From positions 352,001 through 416,000 of the forward strand of contig OY759729.1 of assembly GCA_963662585.1 (NCBI GenBank): a stretch of 64,000 nt of DNA. Reading direction: 5' to 3'. The stretch is from Candidatus Cloacimonadales bacterium. Its GTDB lineage: Bacteria; Cloacimonadota; Cloacimonadia; Cloacimonadales; JAFGVF01. A program made the position numbers and the translations under genes. Positions 31,474-41,433 of the stretch are shown one piece after another (position 1 is the stretch's first letter; every line of letters begins with the position of its first letter). The notes below the pieces were generated by a model, which did no database searches, was not told where the DNA came from, and saw only the letters and a list, made by a program, of their open reading frames with translations.

Positions 31474-31599
31474 GATAATTAATTGATTTATAATAATTTG
31501 ATTGATATCTCTCATTATTTTAAAGAAATTTATTTAAATTTGTCTTGACACAAATACGGCTTTTTTATTATATGAAAAAACAATGATTGATGAAGATAT

Positions 31600-31674
31600 T
31601 CCGAAATAGCTCAGCGGTAGAGCGGATGGCTGTTAACCATTAGGTCGGGGGTTCAAATCCCTCTTTCGGAGCCA
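31600..31674 (+). tRNA. tRNA-Asn (GTT)
   Basis: TCCGAAA acceptor stem, TAGCTCAG, anticodon loop CT-GTT-AA, GGTTCAAATCC T-arm, GCCA end. Confidence 0.97.
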
Positions 31675-31717
31675 TAAATTAGGCTCTCTTCGGAGAGCCA
31701 CTTACTTGATCTTTTAT

Positions 31718-31792
31718 TCCGAAATAGCTCAGCGGTAGAGCGGATGGCTGTTAACCATTAGGTCGGGGGTTCAAATCCCTCTTTCGGAGCCA
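31718..31792 (+). tRNA. tRNA-Asn (GTT), identical second copy
   Basis: Same 75-nt sequence as 31600-31674. Confidence 0.97.
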
Positions 31793-31799
31793 TAAATTT

Positions 31800-31826
31800 A
31801 AGCCTTCCTAACGGAAGGCTTTTTTG
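31800..31826 (+). terminator. Rho-independent terminator after the tRNA pair
   Basis: AAGCCTTCC-TAAC-GGAAGGCTT followed by a T-run. Confidence 0.85.
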
Positions 31827-31871
31827 CTTTATAGATAATTAATGATGTAAAATTATTTGGATTTCTATTAT

Positions 31872-32152
31872 AAAGTGACACCCTATTTTGCCACTTTGTG
31901 ACACCTATTTTGCCACTTTTTCGACAGCTTTAATATTTAAATCATTATATATTATATGATTAGCGTGTTTTCAAAAGTGACAGCAATTTAGCCACATTGA
32001 AAAAGCGTTTTGAGTATATAACCTGAATCCACTTTGTGACAGCAATTTAGCCACATTTTGGACAGCTTTAATATTTAAAGTACTATATATTATTATATTA
32101 GCGTGTTTTCAAAAGTGACAGCAATTTAGCCACTTTGAAAAAGCGTTTTGAA
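31872..32152. repeat. Array of five GTGACA-N8/9-GCCAC sites inside a ~120-bp direct duplication (candidate phage end)
   Basis: Sites start at 31875, 31898, 31977, 32036 and 32115; 31891-32013 resembles 32029-32151. Confidence 0.8.
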
Positions 32153-32190
32153 AATAAAAAAAAAGAGCATCACCAAACTGATGTATGCTC
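32151..32190 (-). terminator. Terminator at the end of the phage late operon
   Basis: Minus strand GAGCAT(A)CATCAGTTTGGTGATGCTC followed by a long T-run; second hairpin GGCTCTC-CTAG-GAGAGCC near 32254-32271. Confidence 0.6.
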
Positions 32191-32285
32191 ATTTCCTTAC
32201 GGATTGAATTGTAGTTTTAATTGTATCTTGATATGTTATTCCCATGTATATCAGGCTCTCCTAGGAGAGCCCTTTACATTATACC

Positions 32286-32822
32286 TTACAGCTTCACTTT
32301 TAATCTAAGATGAGCATAGTGATCGACAGTACAATCTACATCTAAAATAAGCCCCCCTGAAGGGATATATTCATCTGTTTTTAAAGTAATATTAGAAGTA
32401 CTATCAGCAATAGCAAAAGACAATCCAGAGTATTGAGGAGGAAGAGATACACGATCACGAAGAACATTACTACTCCCTATTAATGATTGGTGGTAATCAA
32501 TATACACATATAGATAGCCTGCTATTTCATGAAAATAAACTGCAGTAGCGTTATCACTCCATAAATCATGATGAACTGGTTGTCTATAAGAAATAGCGTG
32601 GAGAACTGTCCCGGCAGGAATATGTTTATCATTCATTAAGAGAGGATAATTTTTTCTAGTGTTATAAATAGTCCATACTTTAGGGGAGTTAATTTCACGA
32701 GAGGTTTGCTTTCCCATTGCATAATCTTCATTATACCCTAAAACCCAACCATAATCAAGAGAAGAATCTGCTTTTAATTTCATTTGGACAACTCTATCAG
32801 TCCATTTATGAGGGTCAATCAT
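32286..32822 (-). CDS. C-terminal segment of the tail fibre/receptor-binding protein (in frame with the upstream ORF)
   Basis: Same frame as 32853..35624, separated by one TGA and 10 sense codons; weak RBS. Confidence 0.6.
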   Translation of the reverse strand: MIDPHKWTDRVVQMKLKADSSLDYGWVLGYNEDYAMGKQTSREINSPKVWTIYNTRKNYPLLMNDKHIPAGTVLHAISYRQPVHHDLWSDNATAVYFHEIAGYLYVYIDYHQSLIGSSNVLRDRVSLPPQYSGLSFAIADSTSNITLKTDEYIPSGGLILDVDCTVDHYAHLRLKVKL

Positions 32823-32852
32823 GTCTTCAGCTACTGGCTCCCAAGTTTGAAA

Positions 32853-35624
32853 TCAATCAAAAAAGTTTCTAATTCTACAATCAATAGAATTGTTGTCATT
32901 AACCGCTGCTCTTGGAGCATAAGCCCTAACAGTTGAAGATGAAGCAAACGCTGAAGCCTGGATAAAACCACATATTGATATATGGGCTGCCATATTGAAC
33001 TCCATAGAATAATCGACTATCATAGACCCATAACCACCACATCTAAATGTGGTATTGTGCCTCGACTGTCTTGCAATGTTAATGTCTGCTTCTTCTTGAG
33101 TAATATTTGAAGTAAAAGTTCCTACATTATCAATAGCATACTGTCTCATTTTCCCTGGGTGAAAAATATCATATTCATTTATAATATCTACATGAGAGCA
33201 TCTATACAACTTGTTTTCCTCTGCTATAGTTTTCCCATCTATTAATATTTTAGTTTTAGGAGTGCTAACATGAGGGAATAAAGCTTGAGTACTCATGAAA
33301 TAGATACCAGTTGACACCCAACCTGTAAAAGTTCGAGATGAACCTCCAATTTCAGTGAGGGTTGTTCCCTCTATTGTTTGCTGAAGAAGCCATTCATCTG
33401 TAACAGAAGTGTCCTTTCCTGCAACAACTATATTGTCTGAATCAATGATGGATACAATAGCAAATTCTTTGGCAGTCGGAGTTGTTGAATCATTCCATAC
33501 TGTTCCTATATCTCCAAAATCAAAGCCATGATTTATCTTAGTTAACTTATAAACATAAGACAACCCATGATTACCACCTATATATCCTTGATTCATGTTC
33601 GTAGGATAGTCATCATCTCCAGAAGCTTTTATTGAGAATGCACCAGAATTAAGGTTTTCCCACTTCACAGATGAAGGAATAAGCATTTCTGACATAAATT
33701 TTGCACCCACAGTTCCATTAAGTCCCATTGTAATTACAGAATCATAATCTTTACTGAACTTTGATCTAACATATACCGAATTACCATTAGTATAAGCGAT
33801 AACAGGGTTTTTACTTTCTGCAAATAAATTATCACTAATATCATCTACTTCATTCTTAATAGAAGAAATATTAGCAGGAAACTGTTTCTTACCATCTTCG
33901 TCTGGATAAACTACCGAATACTCTATTTCATTCTCAAGGCTAAAGTTCAACCCAACTCTGTCAATCTTACCGACAGATAACGAAGCAAGAGAAGAAGCAT
34001 TAATTATTTCATAAAAAAGAAAAGAGGATAATTCAAAACTTTCATCCCAAACAATATCGTGCCAAGTTATGGCAATATACGAGAAACCATCGCGTTTAGC
34101 AATACATTTTATTTTTGTTGATCCTGAGAAAGTACTATCTTTCGAGAATGTTCCAATAGTTGTTTTCCCTACTTCAAGTGTAGAATCATACAAATTCACA
34201 TAAAGAGCCGAAAGTACTTCTACACTATATATCCAATAAAGGAAACTACCCTCACCATTAGATATATCAGAATCTCTTACCCAAAAACCGTAAGAAATAA
34301 TAGAAGGTTTATTATCATTATCAATATTAATAGTGGTAGATTTAGTATTTTGAGCGTTAGTTCTAGCAGATGTAATTCTTCTCATATATTCATATTCATC
34401 TGGATATATTGGAGTATCGTTTAAAACTGCAGATTCGTTGAAAATTGCACCAGTTATTGGATAATCGTCACGATATGGGAATAATGAAGGAGTAAGGGTG
34501 CCTTCTCCTTTATTAAGATTATTTGGAGCAAGAATAAATAAACCACCAAGAACATTATCTATAAATTCTTCTCCAAGAGTCTCATCTTTGGTATATACTT
34601 CAGATTTGTTATATACTTCAGATTTGTTATATACTTCAGATTTAGTGTACATATCTACAGGGGTTAATCCAAATTCAACGAAAGTTGTTTTAGACCCAAG
34701 TTCAAGCATTATTCTATTTCTAAAGTCATCCATATCCGTGAAATAAGATGTACCAGTATCTTCTCCTGGGTCAGAAACAAAAGTATGAATATACTTTGCT
34801 CCAACAGGCACCGTAAATATTGCTGTTTTATTTATATCAGTAAGAATTAAGTCACCGTCACCCCATGGTATAATAGATGACCCATCATGTGCAACAAAAT
34901 AAGAAGAGCCATAAAATTTAAGTGCATTGTTAGTATCTCCTTCACTCTTAGGATTAATCCATAAAGCATAAGTTACTCCTTCGGTAACAGGGATATTCCC
35001 AGTAGTCCTACCACTTAGCCCTGTAAGCAATGCAAGGCTAGAAGTATTATAATACTTGTTATATAGCTCATCATGATCATTAGGGTTATATAGATTTGAA
35101 GATGCTTTAAACAACCCCATAAGCAACTCCACATCCTCACTATTAGCCCCTCCATTCTCCTGAATATAAGTAAGCAGCTCTGTAGCCAACTTCGCCTGGG
35201 TAACACTACCATCAGCAATCTTAGCAGTATCAACACTTCCATCATCTTCAAGTGCTCTCAAAGCAGCCTGGACAGTCCTAACTGTAGCTCCATCATTATA
35301 ATCAATCTTATCAGAGCCATGTTTATCTGCAGTACCCGCAATATGAGCTTTTAGGTCAGCAAGTGATTTAGGCATATTATCAGTACTACTACCTAAAATC
35401 TTCAATAAGAGGGCCTCAAAATCGCCTGAAGAGAGGCTATTTGCTAAAGCTGATATAATTGCTGCAGTTGTATGCCCATGGTCAGATGGTGCCTTTCCTG
35501 CCAAACCATCTGCGTTTTCTTTAAGTTTGTTGTCTATTGTGTCAAAGTTCTGATTAACTGCATCACCCCACCCGCTACTTTGATTTACAGGTTTTTCAAG
35601 GTTGTAGTTCGCTGTTTTTGCCAT
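32853..35624 (-). CDS. Tail fibre / receptor-binding protein (N-terminal 923 aa)
   Basis: T.NYNL.KP..NQNFDTID N-terminus, KIADGSVTQAKLA, HGH and YNKSEV repeats typical of fibres; last gene of the tail module. Confidence 0.7.
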   Translation of the reverse strand: MAKTANYNLEKPVNQSSGWGDAVNQNFDTIDNKLKENADGLAGKAPSDHGHTTAAIISALANSLSSGDFEALLLKILGSSTDNMPKSLADLKAHIAGTADKHGSDKIDYNDGATVRTVQAALRALEDDGSVDTAKIADGSVTQAKLATELLTYIQENGGANSEDVELLMGLFKASSNLYNPNDHDELYNKYYNTSSLALLTGLSGRTTGNIPVTEGVTYALWINPKSEGDTNNALKFYGSSYFVAHDGSSIIPWGDGDLILTDINKTAIFTVPVGAKYIHTFVSDPGEDTGTSYFTDMDDFRNRIMLELGSKTTFVEFGLTPVDMYTKSEVYNKSEVYNKSEVYTKDETLGEEFIDNVLGGLFILAPNNLNKGEGTLTPSLFPYRDDYPITGAIFNESAVLNDTPIYPDEYEYMRRITSARTNAQNTKSTTINIDNDNKPSIISYGFWVRDSDISNGEGSFLYWIYSVEVLSALYVNLYDSTLEVGKTTIGTFSKDSTFSGSTKIKCIAKRDGFSYIAITWHDIVWDESFELSSFLFYEIINASSLASLSVGKIDRVGLNFSLENEIEYSVVYPDEDGKKQFPANISSIKNEVDDISDNLFAESKNPVIAYTNGNSVYVRSKFSKDYDSVITMGLNGTVGAKFMSEMLIPSSVKWENLNSGAFSIKASGDDDYPTNMNQGYIGGNHGLSYVYKLTKINHGFDFGDIGTVWNDSTTPTAKEFAIVSIIDSDNIVVAGKDTSVTDEWLLQQTIEGTTLTEIGGSSRTFTGWVSTGIYFMSTQALFPHVSTPKTKILIDGKTIAEENKLYRCSHVDIINEYDIFHPGKMRQYAIDNVGTFTSNITQEEADINIARQSRHNTTFRCGGYGSMIVDYSMEFNMAAHISICGFIQASAFASSSTVRAYAPRAAVNDNNSIDCRIRNFFD

Positions 35625-35644
35625 TTTAATCTCCTTTATGCTTT

Positions 35645-36241
35645 TTAAATTATTACTTCAGGTAGTTCACATATGCCATTCCAGTAATCACCCCATGGGA
35701 TATTACCATAACCATAATATTCTAATCCTTTAATAATGAAATATCGATTTTTAGTTGCCCCGGAATATCCAGTGCTAATAGTAGAAGTAAAGAGTCCGTC
35801 AATCTCAGTTTCTCTTTCATAAATCCAACTCATCCCGTTAAATACAAGAACATTAGTATAATCATTAGAGAGCAAAACAATGGTCTTAATGTCTTTATTA
35901 AGTTCAGATTCCAACCAATCTTTTCTCTCCTGGGTAAGTCCGACCAAGTACAACTCAATGGTATTTGTTCTCTTACCTTCAACCATATAACTATTAGTCT
36001 TCAATTTAACAACTTTAGAACTCTCTTTACCAGGCTTTTCGGCTAAGTCAGAGACTACATCAAAAGAAGCTTCTAAAAATGCTATAAACTGAGATATTCC
36101 TACTAAAGAAGCTTCTGGTATGTCTTCTTGAGAAGCAAAAGCCCCATTTCCTAACCAACACATCCCGTGCTGAAACATTGCTATTTGTTTGTTAAATTCA
36201 GTGGATTTAATGCCCATCGTAGGCTTTGTTGGTATTCCCAT
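35645..36241 (-). CDS. Paralog of the putative tail tube protein
   Basis: Aligns along its length with 42870..43406 (EGKRTNTIELYLVGLTQERKDWLE identical). Confidence 0.6.
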   Translation of the reverse strand: MGIPTKPTMGIKSTEFNKQIAMFQHGMCWLGNGAFASQEDIPEASLVGISQFIAFLEASFDVVSDLAEKPGKESSKVVKLKTNSYMVEGKRTNTIELYLVGLTQERKDWLESELNKDIKTIVLLSNDYTNVLVFNGMSWIYERETEIDGLFTSTISTGYSGATKNRYFIIKGLEYYGYGNIPWGDYWNGICELPEVII

Positions 36242-36250
36242 AACTACCCC

Positions 36251-36730
36251 CTATTGTTGTTCTTCTGGCTCAGTAGGAATACCACCCCATACTTCACCCC
36301 AAGAGAGATCCCAAGCCTGAAATTCCCCGAAGTCTAATACCTCTAATGTTTTATACTTAGAATTTAACTTTAGTTGATAACTATAGTTCCAAAATCTTCC
36401 GTCATTCGGTTCTTGAGGAAGCTTACTAATAGCAGTAACCAGATATTGTCTAAGTTCATCATTAGTATAATATTCTATATATAGACTTTGCCTATTCTCT
36501 ATAAAACTTATTAATTCTTTAAGTTCTCCAGGACTAGCCACAAAATCAATAGTAAATTCATCATCCCAATATGGGTTTCTCTGAATAACTACTGTAGGGT
36601 CAAAAACATTAACTTTATTAATGAGATATTTCTTATTAGGCACCCTCAATATATCGCTTGCCAACAAGTCTAAAAAAGCAATTTCATCTGTCCTTATATC
36701 TATCAATTTAAGACCATATTCATTAATCAT
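36251..36730 (-). CDS. Putative tail-tip protein
   Basis: Position between tape measure and fibre; function by synteny only. Confidence 0.45.
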   Translation of the reverse strand: MINEYGLKLIDIRTDEIAFLDLLASDILRVPNKKYLINKVNVFDPTVVIQRNPYWDDEFTIDFVASPGELKELISFIENRQSLYIEYYTNDELRQYLVTAISKLPQEPNDGRFWNYSYQLKLNSKYKTLEVLDFGEFQAWDLSWGEVWGGIPTEPEEQQ

Positions 36731-38108
36731 TGACCCTCCATGCTACTATTTCGTATTCATCTTTTACATAGTTCTTTTTAAGCTCTGTGATAAACAAATT
36801 CTCCCCGTTAATACTAAGTTTATCAAATAAGGATAAGCTATTAGCAGAAAGATCATCAATTATGATTTTATATTTAAAAACATCATTAATAAAATCAGTG
36901 TAATATTCGGTTAAAAGAGACACTAACACACCTGGAGAGTTATAAAGAGCATCTAAACAATTAAAATCTGGTAAAACCTGATTGAAGTTTCTAAGCAACT
37001 CACAACTTATAGTTTTACTGGTCAAATCTCCATGATCAACTGTACCCCAGTTATTTTTCACTATCCTTATATACCCATCACTAGTTCTTTGAACTATAGT
37101 TAGGTTATGGATTAACATAAAGCACTTTAAAGCGGTAAGATAAGTTCTTTCGTCAGATTTAAGGATAAGCTTTATAGGAAAAACTCTACCAGTTATAGTG
37201 ATAGTTCTGTTGTTTACTGCTACATTATAAGTAGTACCATATATTTCCAAAAATGAGTATTCTGTCCTACCAATCCATGAGATTGATGTATAGTGTTCAG
37301 GATAATCTGCCTTAGCACCTGCAATAGCAGCTTGAGCATTAGCAAGAGAGCTGTAGTCTCCTATAGAAGTGCTTTCTATTGCCATATCTATACAAACCTG
37401 ATTACTTATATCAGCAATAAATCTTTGCATCGAAAGATGATATACACCACTTGTTTCAGTGATATTCCAATCGATTCTTCTAAATCTAATAATATAAGCA
37501 TCAGAATGAAATGGAATGGTATAGCTATCAAAACCAATCTCAGTAGTTCTATCAAGTACTGCAGTTTCGTAAAAGGATTCAATTTCATAAATTGGAAAGT
37601 CTGTTTTTAAAGTATTATTATAAATAATATCTTTATCCAAGAATGAAGGAGACCTGTCATAATCATTAGCAATTTTGCTACTTATACCGCTCATTATAAG
37701 ATCTAGTGTTCTTGAAGCATCCCAATAGCTTGAATTTTCTTCAGACTTCAACAAATAAGAGTAAGAATAGGCCTTAAGTTTAAGTGTCTCATCAGGAAAA
37801 GCATAATTAATAGAACCTAATGCAATTACGCCCCTAAAATCTAACACCCCATTTTTAAAAACTTTAATATCATAAGACCCAACACCACTTCTAATTGAAG
37901 AGCCTTCAACAATATTAACTTTTAACCAATCATCTAGTAGTATTTCTACATCAATCCTATCAGGTTCTTGTGCGAAACTATTCTCTATAGCTGCTTTCTG
38001 TGAAGAAGGAGTAACACTTAACAAGCCTGAAGAAAGGTCATAATCTACTGGATCAGGTACTGTACCATAAGGACCATAAATAACGAAACTAACCTTATAA
38101 TCTACCAT
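36723..38108 (-). CDS. Putative tail-tip/hub protein
   Basis: 461-aa beta-rich ORF directly after the tape measure gene. Confidence 0.5.
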   Translation of the reverse strand: MVDYKVSFVIYGPYGTVPDPVDYDLSSGLLSVTPSSQKAAIENSFAQEPDRIDVEILLDDWLKVNIVEGSSIRSGVGSYDIKVFKNGVLDFRGVIALGSINYAFPDETLKLKAYSYSYLLKSEENSSYWDASRTLDLIMSGISSKIANDYDRSPSFLDKDIIYNNTLKTDFPIYEIESFYETAVLDRTTEIGFDSYTIPFHSDAYIIRFRRIDWNITETSGVYHLSMQRFIADISNQVCIDMAIESTSIGDYSSLANAQAAIAGAKADYPEHYTSISWIGRTEYSFLEIYGTTYNVAVNNRTITITGRVFPIKLILKSDERTYLTALKCFMLIHNLTIVQRTSDGYIRIVKNNWGTVDHGDLTSKTISCELLRNFNQVLPDFNCLDALYNSPGVLVSLLTEYYTDFINDVFKYKIIIDDLSANSLSLFDKLSINGENLFITELKKNYVKDEYEIVAWRVND

Positions 38109-41083
38109 CTGCTCCTCACAATACTTCCTTCTTCATTCTTTTCATTAAACTTTGCACTATCAGCTTTATCAATCACTTCATTGGCAGAAATGTAGTTATT
38201 TACCTGAAGGCTCTTCTCCTTGAACTCTTGTCTCAGCATCTTTATTTCACTCAAAAGCTCTCCAAACTGCACACCTCCATTTACCTGACCTCCGCTTGCA
38301 TAAGCTATCTGGGGCACGGCAGGTATATTAAAAGAAGGCAATGATATACCGGCTAATACACTCCGAACAGCCTCAATTGGTGCACTATTCAAGAAATTAA
38401 AGAAGGGAACACCCAGTTCTCTAACTCTCTGCTTTCTGGTGATGAACTCATCCCCTTCAGCTTCTATCAAAATACCTCCACCACTATGAGAAGGTCCTTT
38501 TAATAAGCCTGACAATCCACCTTTTTCAGCTTTTGGAGGCTCATATTTTTGTTGAGATATATTCCTGACATTTACCATACCGGCTGTTATTGCTGCTGCT
38601 GCTGCTGCCATTGCCAATCCTGGTCCCACTACTGGGATAGTCGCCATTGCTTTGTAAGCTGCGTTAGCACTTGCAAAAGTATCTATTGTTGCCTGTACTA
38701 ATGATAAGGCCTTGCGAATCTTAAAACTCTTCTCAGATTCACCTGTAACAGCCTTTGTCAGGTTAGCAAATATACCCGATAATCCGCTTGCTACTTGCTG
38801 GTTAAGTGAAAGTTGCTTGTCTAATTCTTGCTCGGTTATTCTGCTTTTAGCTTCTTCTTTTGCTCCATGAATTTCCTCTTCAGTAACTCCGTTAGCAATT
38901 AATTGGTCATGATGAATTGTAAAATATTCATCAACAGCTTCCCTTTGTTTGTCAAAATTATCCTTTTCTGTTTGGAAGCTTCCCATAGTCCGCTCAACAT
39001 AGGCATCTTTAATAATTTGTTGATATTCTTTATATTTCTCTGAATCTTCAGCATATAAGTCTCCCAGTCTTTCTATTAGATTCTCATAACTTACCAGCTC
39101 CTTTTCAGCTGTATTGCGTGATAAAGATGCTATTTGTGATGCAATACTGCCTTTCTCTTGAATTAATCGCATATTAGATGCTTTTTCTATCTGCTCAAGT
39201 TCTGCTTTGATTCTTTCATACTCTTCAGGTTCTTCCTGATAGACACTCTTAACCTTTTCAAGATATTCCTCGAATCTACTCTTCATATCACTAACATCAA
39301 CAGCTCTAAGCACACTCAAGTTCGCATAATGTTGCACCATGGCATTTTTCTCTTGGTTCAAACTGTTAATTACCTTCTGCCTGTCTATTATCTCCTTAGG
39401 GCTTTTCTGCTCTGATTCTTCTTTGATTCTTTTAACTTCATTTTGAAAATTCTCTTCTAACTGTAATAAGACAGAATAAGCTTCTTTCTTGGCCTCCACA
39501 TCTGCTTCTGTCAATGTCTCAAGCGATTCATAGTGAGCTCTGGCTTTATCCAGGTCCTCTTTAAGTAAATCAATCTTTTCTATCGAATTACGCCTGTCTT
39601 CTTCTATTTTCCACCTGTTATATTCTTCTGTTAATCTTTCTTGCTCATCGATATTAACCTGGTAGTTTTTATTATAGTCTAACAACAGGTCTTTTCGTCT
39701 CTGAAGTGAATCTATCTCTGCTTGTGCTCGTTGTTGAAGAGCTTTACTCAACTCCATACTACTTTCCATCTGGGCACTTTTAAGCTCAATCCTTTGCTTT
39801 TCTAGGGCTTCATCTATCTTCGCTATCTCTGCTAAGTTCTTACCTATTTCAGAGCTTAAATCTTCTACAGAACTTTCTTGAGTAAGTTTCTTTTGCCTTT
39901 CCAATTCATCGTTGCTTTTCTTTGTTTTTTCTGCGAAGTCTGCCTGTTTATCTCCTGCTGTAGCTACACTTAACCCATAAATACTCAATCCGACTGCCGC
40001 TGCAGATGCCAATAATACCCAATTACCGGTTAAAGCAGCACTTATTGCTTGAGCTGCGTTTAAAGCTGCCTGTTTCATCGTCAAAAATGCTATTACGACT
40101 GCTAATGATCCTAATACCGGAATCAATACCTTGATTAGACCGGGAGACTCATTTAGGAAATTTACAACTTTTGAAAATGCCTTTATTAATGGAGTTAAAG
40201 CTTGATTTATCATATCTCCTATCTTCTCTCGTAAATCTCCGACCAGGTTCTGATACTGCTCTAAAGCTCCCGCTCCTGTTTCTGTCTCTGCCTTAGATAA
40301 CTCAAATCCTTCTGCCATTGCTTTTTGTAATACTGCCATCTTCTCGCTTTCAGAATTAGCATTTTTTAAAGCAGGAATGTATCTTTGCAACTGGGTAAAC
40401 TCTCCTTCATAAGCAAGAGCGATTCCCTTCATGGCAGTCTCTCTGCTAAGCCCGGCTGAAGCAAATGCAGTAGCCAATCCTATCGAACCATGTAAGGCTT
40501 CTTTCATCTTATCAGTTGTTATCCCCATATTGGTTGCCATTGACAGAAGTTGCATACTCTCTTCATCACCTACAGTGGTTAGCTTTTGGGTCTCTCCGGC
40601 TAACTTCATCACCATATCTATATTATTTCCTGTAGCAATGCCTTTAACTTTCATTGAGTTTATCAATGACTGCTCTGCTTTCTCCTGAATATGAGATGCA
40701 CTGATATAACCACCTAATGCAGATTTTACTTTACCATACAGCATTGATAATCCGCCTAATGCTAAAGTTATCTGGCTCATAGTCTGAATAAGTGGCTGAT
40801 CATCTCCTACAAATTTAGTCTTTTTTTCTTCAGGTACTTCTGCAATAGCGCCCTTAGCATCTTCGGCTGAATTTATAGCTCCAGACGAGTCTCCACCTAC
40901 TGTAACTATCTTCCCATCAAGCTCATTTATAGAACCCTCAGCTTCGCTTATATCTACATCAAACTTAACCTTGCTTCCCAATGATTTTTGAACACCATCT
41001 ATATTTTTTTGAATATTGGCAATCATCTGTTGAGCTTTCTCTATATCAATGGATAAACTAAACTGTAATTTTTTATTTGACAT
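38102..41083 (-). CDS. Tail tape measure protein
   Basis: 993 aa, helical and Ala-rich, hydrophobic central segments, IPVVGPGLAMAAAAAA and GPSHSGGGILIEAEGDEF motifs; follows the tail chaperone. Confidence 0.85.
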   Translation of the reverse strand: MSNKKLQFSLSIDIEKAQQMIANIQKNIDGVQKSLGSKVKFDVDISEAEGSINELDGKIVTVGGDSSGAINSAEDAKGAIAEVPEEKKTKFVGDDQPLIQTMSQITLALGGLSMLYGKVKSALGGYISASHIQEKAEQSLINSMKVKGIATGNNIDMVMKLAGETQKLTTVGDEESMQLLSMATNMGITTDKMKEALHGSIGLATAFASAGLSRETAMKGIALAYEGEFTQLQRYIPALKNANSESEKMAVLQKAMAEGFELSKAETETGAGALEQYQNLVGDLREKIGDMINQALTPLIKAFSKVVNFLNESPGLIKVLIPVLGSLAVVIAFLTMKQAALNAAQAISAALTGNWVLLASAAAVGLSIYGLSVATAGDKQADFAEKTKKSNDELERQKKLTQESSVEDLSSEIGKNLAEIAKIDEALEKQRIELKSAQMESSMELSKALQQRAQAEIDSLQRRKDLLLDYNKNYQVNIDEQERLTEEYNRWKIEEDRRNSIEKIDLLKEDLDKARAHYESLETLTEADVEAKKEAYSVLLQLEENFQNEVKRIKEESEQKSPKEIIDRQKVINSLNQEKNAMVQHYANLSVLRAVDVSDMKSRFEEYLEKVKSVYQEEPEEYERIKAELEQIEKASNMRLIQEKGSIASQIASLSRNTAEKELVSYENLIERLGDLYAEDSEKYKEYQQIIKDAYVERTMGSFQTEKDNFDKQREAVDEYFTIHHDQLIANGVTEEEIHGAKEEAKSRITEQELDKQLSLNQQVASGLSGIFANLTKAVTGESEKSFKIRKALSLVQATIDTFASANAAYKAMATIPVVGPGLAMAAAAAAITAGMVNVRNISQQKYEPPKAEKGGLSGLLKGPSHSGGGILIEAEGDEFITRKQRVRELGVPFFNFLNSAPIEAVRSVLAGISLPSFNIPAVPQIAYASGGQVNGGVQFGELLSEIKMLRQEFKEKSLQVNNYISANEVIDKADSAKFNEKNEEGSIVRSRW

Positions 41084-41104
41084 CTGCTGCCTTCTTATTA
41101 TCTT
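41077..41104 (+). promoter_or_regulatory. Sigma70-like promoter for the small antisense-oriented gene
   Basis: TTGACA (41077-41082), 16 nt, TATCTT (41099-41104). Confidence 0.5.
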
Positions 41105-41124
41105 GTACTTAAGAGGTGATTATT

Positions 41125-41328
41125 ATGACTTTTAATGAAATTATTTCGGCTCTCTTGCCTTTTATTGCTCTTATTCTTATTGTTTTTATCTCTGCTAAAT
41201 GGGGGAAACCAATTACCTGGCTTCAAGATTTGGGAAGATATCCTCAATCTAAAAAGAAAGCTGAGAATATAACTAAAACAAAGACCTATCATATCAACAT
41301 AACTCTTGATGAATCTAATAAAAACTAA
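41125..41328 (+). CDS. Small single-TM protein (moron-like, opposite strand)
   Basis: AGAGGTG RBS 6 nt before ATG 41125; hydrophobic IISALLPFIALILIVFISA then a basic tail; fills the gap between the chaperone extension and the tape measure gene. Confidence 0.6.
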   Translation: MTFNEIISALLPFIALILIVFISAKWGKPITWLQDLGRYPQSKKKAENITKTKTYHINITLDESNKN

Positions 41329-41433
41329 CTTTCTACTTGCTTTCATCTCTATATTTCCCCAATAGATAAACTGCCTCATCAAGCTCAATCTCATCATCCC
41401 ATAGCCCCAATCGCTTAAGAACATAAGTGTAGT

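Noticed and set aside
31600..31792. tRNA duplication as an integrase att site
   Set aside because: Both copies are complete and adjacent with a spacer hairpin and a shared terminator; no tyrosine or serine integrase and no partial tRNA copy seen in the window.
32853..32855. Alternative genetic code (TGA reassigned) in the prophage
   Set aside because: Many phage genes end in TGA with ATGA coupling to the next gene; only one in-frame TGA was noticed.
34590..34650. 18-bp repeats encoding YNKSEV in the tail fibre
   Set aside because: A common fibre peptide repeat with only about three copies; no further explanation is needed.
41098..41424. 108-aa minus-strand ORF as an independent gene
   Set aside because: It is in a different frame from the chaperone frameshift product and overlaps the better-supported + strand gene.
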